Positions 12,263 to 22,464 of a DNA stretch of 64,000 nt are shown in pieces (position 1 is the first letter of the stretch; each line of letters begins with the position of its first letter). The notes beneath the pieces are model-generated. The model saw only the letters and a program-made list of their open reading frames with translations. It ran no database searches and was not told the DNA's origin. Origin of the DNA: Macrostomum hystrix (Eukaryota > Animalia > Platyhelminthes); NCBI GenBank assembly GCA_950097015.1, contig CATNEN010000038.1, positions 6,324,001 to 6,388,000 on the forward strand. The letters are read 5' to 3'. The translations under genes and the position numbers were made by a program.

Positions 12263-13942
12263 ATTCAAAACCCACTGCCTACTCACGATAGCCTTCAAGG
12301 CGAATGACCGAAATTGGTAAAATTGTGAAATTTAACCATCGATCAAAATTTAGCTCGTACCTCCCTTCACGATGGGAGGTAATAAAACTTTCAAATCCGT
12401 CCGCATTGACGAGATATTCAAGGGCAACTAACATTTCTCTGAATGAACCTCTATATGGCGAATCTACAAATTAGAATCTTCGAATAGATTAATTTGCAGT
12501 TAATCGGTAAATACATATAAGATCGAATCATACAGTCGACATTGGTTATAGATGTGATGAAATTATGAGCTGAAAATTCATGCCTACATATTTGCCGGAC
12601 ACACCGATGAGAATCGTTGAATATCTCGATGATGTCTACATTTTGCGATTCTGGCCATGGAAGTTGTTTAATCGGATAGAGCAGAAAATGTTAGCCGCGG
12701 CCTGTTCAGGATTCTCATGGCGTGTGGTTGATAATTTTAAAGAAAAATGGGTATTTGAAACACCCCCTGCTCTTTCTAACAGTTGAACTGTCCCCAACAT
12801 TTGCAAAGAGCATGCCCTTGATGAAATACTTTCTTAAAGACTGACAGTACTCTCGGAAAATACATCTAAAGTGTAATAAAGGGTGAAATTGTGCCTGCTA
12901 CTTAAGAGTAGCCAGCGTCGCTTGCACGTCCTTTGCCTTGTGTATACATATAATAAAAGAACAAATGCAACTTAAGAGACAATCTGATATTCATTTTGTC
13001 CTTCATTTGCTCAAGGATACGGGCTAAGTACTCATTGGTGTTATCAGGTGCGGGTGAATTCTGTGACAAAAACTGCAATACAGATGTGTCATAAACAGAC
13101 AGGTGTCGCCAGTCGATCACATTCCTCAATTGTGGCTTGTTTCTATGCACAAGACCGCGACGCATAGGTTCTTGGTGAGCTCAGAGTTGCTCACACCACC
13201 TGTTATCCTTGTAGGCTCCCGAGAAGGGCCTTTGATTTAAGTTTGAGAAAAAAACGCAAGCGACTAACTACCCAGCCAAGACACAGCAGTGTTAAATATC
13301 AACCTGGTGGCACCTGTCCTTCAACTTGAAAACATGGACAACTCCCTATTTAATAAAATACAACTTTTCCACAGAGCGAAAAAAGTTTTTAGTTTTAAAT
13401 TCGTCTGAAAAATGTGTAGTCTTTTCAAAACTAGCTAAAACAGATGGCAGATGCAATCTTGAACTGAAATATAAAGAATTTATTTGCTTTCTAAAAATCT
13501 ATAAATTAATCGGTTCGGTTAAACAGAAGTTAACCGCGCTTTTCTCCAACTAAAGTATGGCAAAATTTCCGATCTGAACAATGCTAGTCAGCCAGTCAGC
13601 CTTTATTCTAGCCCCGAAAATGAGCTCTGTTGCCTCAGCAAGCTCCACAAGCAGATCGGCAATTGGTCGACTGGCTTCGATTCTGGTCGACGCTGGCGCC
13701 GGGGGAAAGGGGGCTTCGTTTCGAGCCCACGCTCTAAACGCTGCGTTGTTTATACTATTAACGATTTTGTTGCAGGACTGAACAAGCTGCATTGCACCTC
13801 GAGCAGCAGGTACAGGTAGCTAGCGTTGTGAACGATACCGATTCTCTTTATTGTTCTTAATAATTAAGTCCTGATTTGAATTCAATTTTTTAGCTTGTCA
13901 CGGTCACACAGCAGTCGGCTGTATACCGACTGCTGCTAGCGT

Positions 13943-14050
13943 GGGAGTCGTGGCTTTATGGTAAGAGCGTCCGACTCGCAACTTGATAGTCAGGGGTTCG
14001 AATCGTCTTTTAGCCAGACACTTAACTGTGCATTGTTTCAGTTCACCCAC
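13943..14050 (+). mobile_element. tRNA-derived SINE family A (truncated)
   Basis: A box tggctttatggt, B box ggttcgaatc, then cagacacttaactgtgcattgtttcagttcaccca core shared with the copies at 45006 and 58556. Confidence 0.75.
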
Positions 14051-14701
14051 TGAGCTCACCAATTGTTGGCTGATCATCTAATAGAATTGATGCATATGTA
14101 ATCAATTTCTTGGTAGCTATGCCACACGTTTTGATTCGGCTTGACACTAGTTTCGTCTCATTGCAAAGCGAATAACATTAGACTGATCTGAATTTATTCA
14201 AATTGACTTAAAGTAGACACAGCATTATCTTGTCTCGTATTTATAATAGTTGGCTAGTTTCTACTTCAACCTAAATTCTAGCTTAACAATCTTCGTAATC
14301 ATGAACTCCTTCCTTGCGCTTATTCATTTTTTCAGTACAGGTACAAATGCGAAACAGTTGAAATATTGGGAAAAATGCATTTAAGAATTTAACAGCCAGT
14401 TCCATAATTTTATAAACACTGGTAAAACAAATGCGAATTCAGATAGAAAAATTTATTGTTAAGCTTGGAATGAATAGATTTAAGCAAATTATAAAACTTG
14501 ATTATCCATTAAAAAGTTGAAATGTTTATCAATTTCATCAGTCGATCTCTACTGAGCACATGTAGTAGCATTTATCACCCAAGTGATTAGATTTCAGCTG
14601 AATCATCGAATCTGAAAATTGTCAGGTAAGTGGAACATGCAGCTAATGACTGGTAGGTACTTAATAAATGTGTACTATGTACCGTCATCTTAAGTGCACA
14701 A

Positions 14702-14769
14702 TCAGAGAGGGCAAGTTAGTCGACAGCTGGGTTGGTTACCATGGCGACGGGTAAACGAATAGTCATCAT
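14702..14769 (-). ncRNA. Box C/D snoRNA copy 1
   Basis: C box AUGAUGA, guide CGUUUACCCG, guide ACUUGCCCUC, D box CUGA. Confidence 0.85.
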
Positions 14770-14962
14770 AAAATATGAATCGCCTACAAAAGATAGCAGA
14801 AAGCAGATAGCAAATTAAAAATCGGTTACCTGAAAAGATGGACAGTGCCAATAGCAGCAGATTGACTATAGCGCAGCTGAAAACGGACATCAGAGCAAAT
14901 GCACTTATGCAGCAACAGTTTACTGAATACTTAAAATAATGATAACAGTATTAGATTAGATA

Positions 14963-15033
14963 TCAGGTTGGGTGAATTGGTCGTCATCTAGCTGGTTAGC
15001 AGCAATGGCGACGGGTAAACGGTAAGACATCAT
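14963..15033 (-). ncRNA. Box C/D snoRNA copy 2 (D guide replaced)
   Basis: AUGAUGU...CCGUUUACCCG...AUGACGA (C')...AAUUCACCCAAC-CUGA. Confidence 0.75.
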
Positions 15034-15334
15034 TTTGTCTCTGATAATTAGCACTTAGGGAGGAAGGAAAAGAAGAAAGGAAATTCCTGAGAATTAGGTG
15101 GCATTTACACTTACGCTTTAAGGAGTCACAAAAAAGCCAGCGAAATTCTAAAAAACAAGTTCAATAAAACAGTTAATTAAACTCTGTTTAAACGAAGGGA
15201 ATCAAATGGCTATCAAGGACTACTAGAAGAAGAAGGTTGGGACACTTTGTTATTGGAAAATAAAATAGTTAAAAGTTCCCATCTCCAAAGAAACAAAGCG
15301 ACCGGTCCTAATGTGTGCACTACTGGCTCACAGA

Positions 15335-15402
15335 TCAGAGATAAAAGATTAGTCGTCAACTGGATTGGTTACCATAACGACGGGTAAACGATTGGACATC
15401 AT
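15335..15402 (-). ncRNA. Box C/D snoRNA copy 3 (D guide degenerate)
   Basis: AUGAUGU...CGUUUACCCG...UUGACGA...AUCUUUUAUCU-CUGA. Confidence 0.75.
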
Positions 15403-15610
15403 ATGTTTACAGCTCATATATCTGTAGAAAAAACGGAAAAAATATATGACTGTTCTTTACCTGCTTTTAATGAGTAAGCCAGTCCAGTTGAAAGCAGGTA
15501 TTAAAATCAAATCTTGTTTCATTATCTACAAAGTTGAGAAAAATATATACTTTTAATATATAGAACTCAGAAATTGTCAGTTAAAGTTACATACGAGAAA
15601 TTACATAAAA

Positions 15611-15676
15611 TCAGAGAGGGCAAGTTAGTCGTCACGTGGTTGGTAACCATAGCGACGGGTAAACGATAGACATCAT
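15611..15676 (-). ncRNA. Box C/D snoRNA copy 4
   Basis: C box AUGAUGU, both guides, D box CUGA. Confidence 0.85.
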
Positions 15677-15859
15677 ACACGAACAATACTTGATTGTGAA
15701 GAATTGGAGAAAAAAGCATTGACAGCTTACAAATTTGCAGTTTTAAACCAGGCACAGATTGAGTTCCTCTGAACGAGACGTCTAAAATAAAGCGAGAATT
15801 GCTTTTCTATAAAACACATTTTTTAATTGCATGATTAACTATTAAGACTAATTTGATGA

Positions 15860-15925
15860 TCAGAGAGGGCAAGTTAGTCGTCAAGTGGTTGGTAACCATA
15901 GCGACGGGTAAACGATAGTCATCAT
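15860..15925 (-). ncRNA. Box C/D snoRNA copy 5
   Basis: C box AUGAUGA, both guides, D box CUGA. Confidence 0.85.
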
Positions 15926-16171
15926 ATGATTCTCGATTGTAATTTGAAGCAAAATAGGACATCCTATTTTTACAGCTGATAAATCTAAAAAAAACGGAAT
16001 AAATAAATGACTGCTCCTTACCTGCTTTTAATGAGTAAGCCAGTCCAGTTGAAAGCAGGTATTAAAATCAAATCTTGTTTCATTATCTACAAAGTTGAGA
16101 AAAATATATACTTTTAATATATAGAACTCAGAAATTTTCAGTTGAAGTTACATACGAGAAATTACATAAAA

Positions 16172-16237
16172 TCAGAGAGGGCAAGTTAGTCGTCACGTGG
16201 TTGGTAACCATAGCGACGGGTAAACGATAGACATCAT
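16172..16237 (-). ncRNA. Box C/D snoRNA copy 6
   Basis: Duplicate of copy 4, 561 bp away. Confidence 0.85.
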
Positions 16238-16420
16238 ACATGAACAATACTTGATTGTGAAGAATTGGAGAAAAAAGCATTGACAGCTTACAAATTTGCA
16301 GTTTTAAACCAGGCACAGATTGAGTTCCTCTGAACGAGACGTCTAAAATAAAGCGAGAATTGCTTTTCTATAAAACACATTTTTTAATTGCATGATTAAC
16401 TATTAAGACTAATTTGATGA

Positions 16421-16486
16421 TCAGAGAGGGCAAGTTAGTCGTCACGTGGTTGGAAACCATAGCGACGGGTAAACGATAGTCATCAT
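16421..16486 (-). ncRNA. Box C/D snoRNA copy 7
   Basis: Near-duplicate of copy 5, 561 bp away. Confidence 0.85.
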
Positions 16487-16624
16487 ATGATTCTCGATTT
16501 TATTTGAAGCGAAATAGGCATTTTTACAGCTGATAAATCTATAAAAAAAACGGAATAAATAAGTGACTGCTCTTTACCTGCTTTCAATAAGTAAGCTAAT
16601 CCAGTTGAAGCAGGTACTAAAATC

Positions 16625-19600
16625 ATTTCAAAGGTTAATTCAAGGTGCGAAATAAGCAATTTTTAATATTAATAAAAGAGTATCGGTGGTAATAAAACCA
16701 AAAGAGGAGAGAGGCCTACGACAACTTGGTGTCAGCGGTAAAGGATTGAAATCCAGCTAAAAGCACACAGTCAGTTAAAAGTTAAGATAACGGTATGGCC
16801 GCAGGAATCAATGATGCTATTGGCTTGTTAGCCGAAGAACTAAGAAATAGACTAGAATTAGGACCCATGAGACATGTAAGAATCCAAAAGTACACACCTA
16901 GCCAGGACATAAGAATTTGGCTTACAGCATTCGATCAGAGATGCGACAATGAAGGATTAGAACAGGACGAGCATAGGAAGAATGAGCTATTAGCTAACCT
17001 AGACCTTGCGACTGCATTTGCAGCCGTCCAACGTTTGAATTTGCCAGAAGAACTAACATACGAGGAGTTGAAGGAAAGACTTGTAGAAAGGTTTGGAAGA
17101 CTAGGAAGCTTAGCCGAGATTAGGGAGGAATTTAGAGGTAGGATACAAGGGAGGAATGAGCCAGTTGACTCATTCGCAGATGCCTTGATTGAGTTGTCCG
17201 CCCAGGCATTTCCCAATATGAATGCAGAACAAAGGGAGGAGGAGGTTGTAGAGCAGTTCATCAAAGGAGCGAGAATCCCCTCCGACACTAGGGAAAAGTT
17301 ACTATATGCACAGCCAGCCAGCCTGCAAGAGGCTAGGAGAATGCTGAGACGCATAGAAGCAGCGTGGCATATGTCGCACAAGAGTGGAATACGAGTCGTA
17401 AAAGACGAGCAATTCGACGAGGATCGGAATAAGAAGATGGAGGAGACCATCGAGAGGCAGAAATATGAAAGCAATAAGCAGAAGAAGCTAATTGAAGACC
17501 TGATTCAGGAAAGGAGGAAGGTTAGCCCCCAGATGCCGCTGGGGCTAACGCAATGGGTGCTGACGCAGATGGGTGCTGACGCAGATGGTGCTGACGCAAT
17601 GGGTGCTGACGCAATGGGTGCTGACGCAGATGGTGCTGACGCAATGGGTGCTGATACTCGATACTTCGGCTGCTTCTGTGTATTACACAATTTTGGAACA
17701 CCTATGACAGTTAGTATGATTGGCGAAGGCGTAAAAGCCAAAGAATTGACAGTCGAGATGGCTCCCACTCTAGTCACAATGCGAGAAGGTTCCGCTATAG
17801 TGGAAATAGTGAACAACAATTCAGTTGAGGTGAAGCTGTCTAAGTCAACATTGGTAGGCCTAGCCAAACCAGTGAAAGCAAGTGAGTTGAAGTATTTCGA
17901 AGCTGAAAAAGAAGTAGTCAGTCAACCTACCGGACGAGTCAACCAGACACAGACTGTGGAAGATGCGTGGATCCATGAGGTCAAGATTGGTCAAGATCTT
18001 ACCGATGATCAGAGAAAGTCAGTGATCGAATTGATGAAAGAGCATCGTGAGGCTTTTTCACAGAATGAGTTGGATATGGGTTTAACCCATCTGATCACAC
18101 ATGAGATCTCAATGAAGGATGAGACTCCCGTGAGGATCCCAACTAGGAGAATACCACCCCATCTTCAAAAGCAAGTCGACACACAGTTGGATGATATGTT
18201 GGCGAAAAATTTAATTAGGCCTTGTTATTCAACTTATTCTACTCCATTAGTCATTGTGCCGAAAAAGGACGGATCCATACGGATTGTGAGCGATTTTAGA
18301 GTGTTAAACTCGAAGGTGAACTATGTTCCGTATCCGCTTCCTAACATCCACCAGACTTTCACCTATTTATCAGGCAGTCAGTACTTTAGTAGTCTCGATT
18401 TGAATTCTGGTTATTGGCAGGTGCCGATAAAGGAAGAACACAAGTTCATGACCGCCTTCTCTACTCTAACCCGAGGACAGTTTGAGTAGGAGGTTATGGC
18501 ACAAGGTTTATCGAATGCCCCAGGAACATTCCAAAGGCTCATGAATCTTGTACTTTTAGGAATTCAGCATAAGTTTGCTATGTCGTATATAGACGACATA
18601 GTTACCTATTCGAAGAATTTTAATGACCACCTTTCCCATCTAAAGGAAGTATTCAAGAGACTAATAATCGCAGGATTGAAGCTAAGGCCAAAGAAATGTA
18701 ACCTTTTTCATAGAGAGTTAAAGTACTTAGGACATGTGATCAGTACGGAAGGTATTCGTACAGATGAGACGAAGATAGAAGCGATTAAGACCTGGCCGAA
18801 GCCAAAAGATGTGAAGGAGCTACGCAGTTTCCTTGGCCTATGTAATTACTATAGCCGCTTCATTAGAAATTATGCAGAAGCTGCCCATCCCCTTTTCCAG
18901 CTAACAAGGAAAGGAATTAAGAACTTTCAAGAGAGATGGAGCAAGGAGCATGACGAAGCGTTTGAGTCGCTAAAGAACCGGATGATGTCCACTGAAGTAT
19001 TAGCGTATCCCGAATTTGTGGATGACAAGAAGGTGAAGATGGTATTGGATACCGATGCAAGTGATAGCCGTATTGGCGCTGTACTTAGCCAGATCCAATC
19101 AGATGGCATAGAGAGACTCATAGCTTATTTCAGCCGAGCTATGAAAGAGTCGGAAAAACGCTACCCTATCACTAGAAAAGAACTCTTAGCCCTAGTGGAT
19201 GCCATGAGGCATTTCCGTTTCTACCTGTTAGGCAAGAAGTTTTTGGCCAGAACGGATCATAAGGCAATAATTTGGCTGTTAAGGCAAACAGAAGCTCAAG
19301 GAATTCTTGGTCGGTGGGTCGAGCGCCTAAACGAATTCTCGTTCGATATAGAACACAGAAGCGGTGCAAAGAACCAGAACGCTGACAGTCTGTCAAGAAG
19401 ACCAGCTGATGTCCCTGAAGCAGAGCAGAGCAGCCTTTGTACCAGCAGCCACAGCCGCAGCCGTCGCAGCAGCAGCAGCCCCAGCCATCGCAGCAACAGC
19501 CGCCACAGCAGCAGCCGCAGTCGTCGCAACAGCAGCAGCAGCCTTTGTACCAGCAGCCACAGCCGCAGCTATCGCAGCAGTCACAACAGCATCCGTCGCC

Positions 19601-20873
19601 ACAGCCGATGGAAGATGAGGACGATGTCAGCATGGAATCCGCGGAGAATCAAGAATTCGCCCGAACAATGGCGGAGATCCCACATGCTCAGCACGAGCAT
19701 TTCAAACGGCTGATTCGGCATATGAAAGGCTACATTCTGGACGCTGGGCTATTCAACAACGACCGGCGGTACCCACAGCGAGCTGCAATTTACTCCGTCA
19801 TGCGAGTGCTATGCGAGAAGTTCTTAAGGGCGCACTGTATAACTGCCTGGAAGAGAGCTGTGAGTATGCGCGGAAGGTTATTAATCGCAGCCCACTGTCC
19901 GTAAATCGCATCCCTCTCAACATTGAGTTGAGATGGATGGCCAGCACCGTAGGATGGCCCCGCAACGAGAGACTGACCGAGGAGTGCTACTTTTCTTAAA
20001 GGACAATTAAACCGTTTTACTATAACTTTTGTCACCCGTTTTATTTTGTGTGTATGCTATTTTTGCTACCCGTTTTATTTTGTGTATGCTATTGTTACTA
20101 TAAATTTTGTCACGCGTTGTATTTTTCTTATTCCAAAATTTATGTAGGGGAAGCCAGTTGAGGCAGGCCCAAATTTACCGTAGATTTATAATTTGAATTC
20201 CCGCCAAATGCTTTTCCTCAATTTTATATTTTGGTTTGTTTTAATGTGTTTCACCACCCGCCTCAAATTTTGCTATAAATATAGGCGCAGTTTAGCCCAA
20301 AAAGCCCCAACCGGTGCCCCGTGCCCAGTTCGGAGTGCAACAAAGGAGAATAAATCTCAAAGTGTTTGAATTCAATTATTTTAGAGAGAAGGAGAAAAGC
20401 AGGTCTGTGATAATACACAAGTCGGTGAACATTCGAAAGAATAAAGAAGGAGATAGTTATAAAAAGCAGTAGAGTGTAAAACTAAAGAGCAGAGGGTAAA
20501 ATCCCGATTGGTGGAATAGCACTATGTGCAAAGTTGGGCAACTTCAGTCCATTTGGAAGCCTTGAAGACTGGGAACAAACCAGAAAGCCAGATAGTTTAT
20601 AAGTAAGGAGAGGAAGAAGTGTCTTGCCGCTCGGACACTCGTGCGAACGCTACCAAATTTTGGAAGGAAAGCAGCCTATCTGGCCAAGTTAAGCAATATA
20701 TGCATATGAAATAAAAGGGTACATAGTTAACCTATGAGGTATAATTATGTCATAGACAAAGGAATCTAAGAGTTATTTCAAAGGTTAGTTCAAGGTGCGA
20801 ATAGAGCAATTTTTAATATTAATAAAAGAGTATCGGTGGTAATAAAACCAAAAGAGGAGAGAGGCCTACGACA
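16625..20873 (+). mobile_element. Decayed Ty3/Gypsy LTR retrotransposon (5' LTR truncated, integrase missing)
   Basis: Direct repeat 16625-16723 / 20775-20873 ending in CA; PBS-like tggtgtcagcgg at 16727; gag-like and RT-RNase H ORFs between the repeats. Confidence 0.92.
16795..19410 (+). pseudogene. Gypsy gag-pol (gag, RT, RNase H), interrupted
   Basis: PLVIVPKKDGSIR, LDLNSGYWQV, GLSNAPGTFQRLM, YIDD, LDTDAS, RTDHKAI, NADSLSR. In-frame TAG at 18487 where Trp is expected. No recognisable protease or integrase. Confidence 0.9.
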
Positions 20874-21059
20874 ATCATACATGAACAATACTTGATTGTG
20901 AAGAATTGGAGAAAAAAGCATTGACAGCTTACAAATTTGCAGTTTTAAACCAGGCACAGATTGAGTTCCTCTGAACGAGACGTCTAAAAAAACGAGAATT
21001 ATTTTTCTATAAAACACATTTTTTAATTGCATGATTAACTATTAAGACTAATTTGATGA

Positions 21060-21125
21060 TCAGAGAGGGCAAGTTAGTCGTCACGTGGTTGGTAACCATA
21101 GCGACGGGTAAACGATAGTCATCAT
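21060..21125 (-). ncRNA. Box C/D snoRNA copy 8
   Basis: C box AUGAUGA, both guides, D box CUGA. Confidence 0.85.
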
Positions 21126-21372
21126 ATGATTCTCGATTGTAATTTGAAGCAAAATAGGACATCCTATTTTTACAGCTGATAAATCTAAAAAAAAACGGAA
21201 TAAATAAATGACTGCTCCTTACCTGCTTTTAATGAGTAAGCCAGTCCAGTTGAAAGCAGGTATTAAAATCAAATCTTGTTTCATTATCTACAAAGTTGAG
21301 AAAAATATATACTTTTAATATATAGAACTCAGAAATTTTCAGTTGAAGTTACATACGAGAAATTACATAAAA

Positions 21373-21438
21373 TCAGAGAGGGCAAGTTAGTCGTCACGTG
21401 GTTGGTAACCATAGCGACGGGTAAACGATAGACATCAT
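21373..21438 (-). ncRNA. Box C/D snoRNA copy 9
   Basis: C box AUGAUGU, both guides, D box CUGA. Confidence 0.85.
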
Positions 21439-21635
21439 ATGATTCTCGATTGTATTTGAAGCGAAATATCAGGGCGTTAGAGCCAATATTAAATGCTTAC
21501 CGTTCTGCATTATAGTTCTAAACCGGGAAAATTTTCAGTTCCCAATGAACCGTCTAAAATACAAAGCAAAAGGCTTTTCTATACAGCACAATAATTTATT
21601 TTATTCACTTCTAAATAATCAAAGCAAACAAATTT

Positions 21636-21705
21636 TCAGAGAGGGCAAGTTAGTCGACAGCTGGCTATTTTGTAACCATAGCGCAGGGTAAACGATAGTC
21701 ATCAT
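21636..21705 (-). ncRNA. Box C/D snoRNA copy 10
   Basis: C box AUGAUGA, CGUUUACCC, ACUUGCCCUC, CUGA. Confidence 0.85.
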
Positions 21706-21912
21706 ATTTTTTAATTGTATCGATATAAGCTATGATAATAAAACAACTGACGCACCCGAAAGTCTGCAGTACGTGAACAATTCACAGGAAAATAACTTGG
21801 CAGATAAAAGTACAGATGATTTGCCACTAAAATGTTGTTGCGAGAGATAGTAAAATTTAAGTCTGTTGGACCTTTGCATGTTTACTATAAAAAACAAAAA
21901 ATCAAGGAAAGA

Positions 21913-21983
21913 TCAGAGAGGGCAAGTTAGTCGTCAGCTGGCTAGTTTGTATCCATAGCGACGGGTAAACGATAGTACATCAT
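21913..21983 (-). ncRNA. Box C/D snoRNA copy 11
   Basis: C box AUGAUGU, both guides, C' CUGACGA, D box CUGA. Confidence 0.85.
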
Positions 21984-22151
21984 AGTACAGCAATAGTTGA
22001 AATTGCGCAGGTAACACAAACTCACCTGACAAAATGTATGTTAGGTACACCTGTATTATTCGGAAATTTCAACTGGGTGTTTAATCTCCAGTACCGAATA
22101 TTTCTGGAAAGTAAAGAACATAACGCGTTTGCAATATTTTATTCGTCATCA

Positions 22152-22221
22152 TCAGAGAGAGTAAGTTAGTCGACATTTGGTTAGTTTGTAACCATAGCAA
22201 CGGGTAAACGATAGGCATCAT
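22152..22221 (-). ncRNA. Box C/D snoRNA copy 12 (two changes in D guide)
   Basis: AUGAUGC...CGUUUACCCG...ACUUACUCUCU-CUGA. Confidence 0.75.
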
Positions 22222-22394
22222 CAAATAGCTTGGTTATTGCCAAGAATACCGAACACTCACAGTCAGCGGTAACACTGTAGCACCTGGATTCCGTAGATAT
22301 TCACGAAGGCTGAAATTTAAAACACACGATATATCTTTCACCCATTCGCAATCACGGCACGGCAATCAGTAGTTATAAAACCTTAAAATGAGTA

Positions 22395-22464
22395 TCAGAG
22401 AGGGCAAGTAAGTCGTCAGTTGGTTGAAAAGCCATAACGACGGGTAAACGATAGTGGACATCAT
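22395..22464 (-). ncRNA. Box C/D snoRNA copy 13
   Basis: C box AUGAUGU, both guides, C' CUGACGA, D box CUGA. Confidence 0.85.

Noticed and set aside
13943-14005. Functional tRNA gene (also at 45006, 56747, 58600)
   Set aside because: No complete cloverleaf or acceptor stem; each continues into a shared SINE body
16622-16626. atca(t) as target-site duplication of the Gypsy element
   Set aside because: The left atca is normal host sequence of the 561-bp unit next to a truncated LTR, so the match is probably coincidental
19172-19633. Metallothionein-like Cys-rich minus-strand ORF
   Set aside because: Antisense reading of CAG-rich low-complexity sequence inside the Gypsy element
14702-22464. 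CRISPR array (conserved repeat plus variable spacers)
   Set aside because: Eukaryotic context, no cas genes, units of ~70 nt and spacers of 170-300 nt are too long; C/D boxes and rRNA complementarity explain the units
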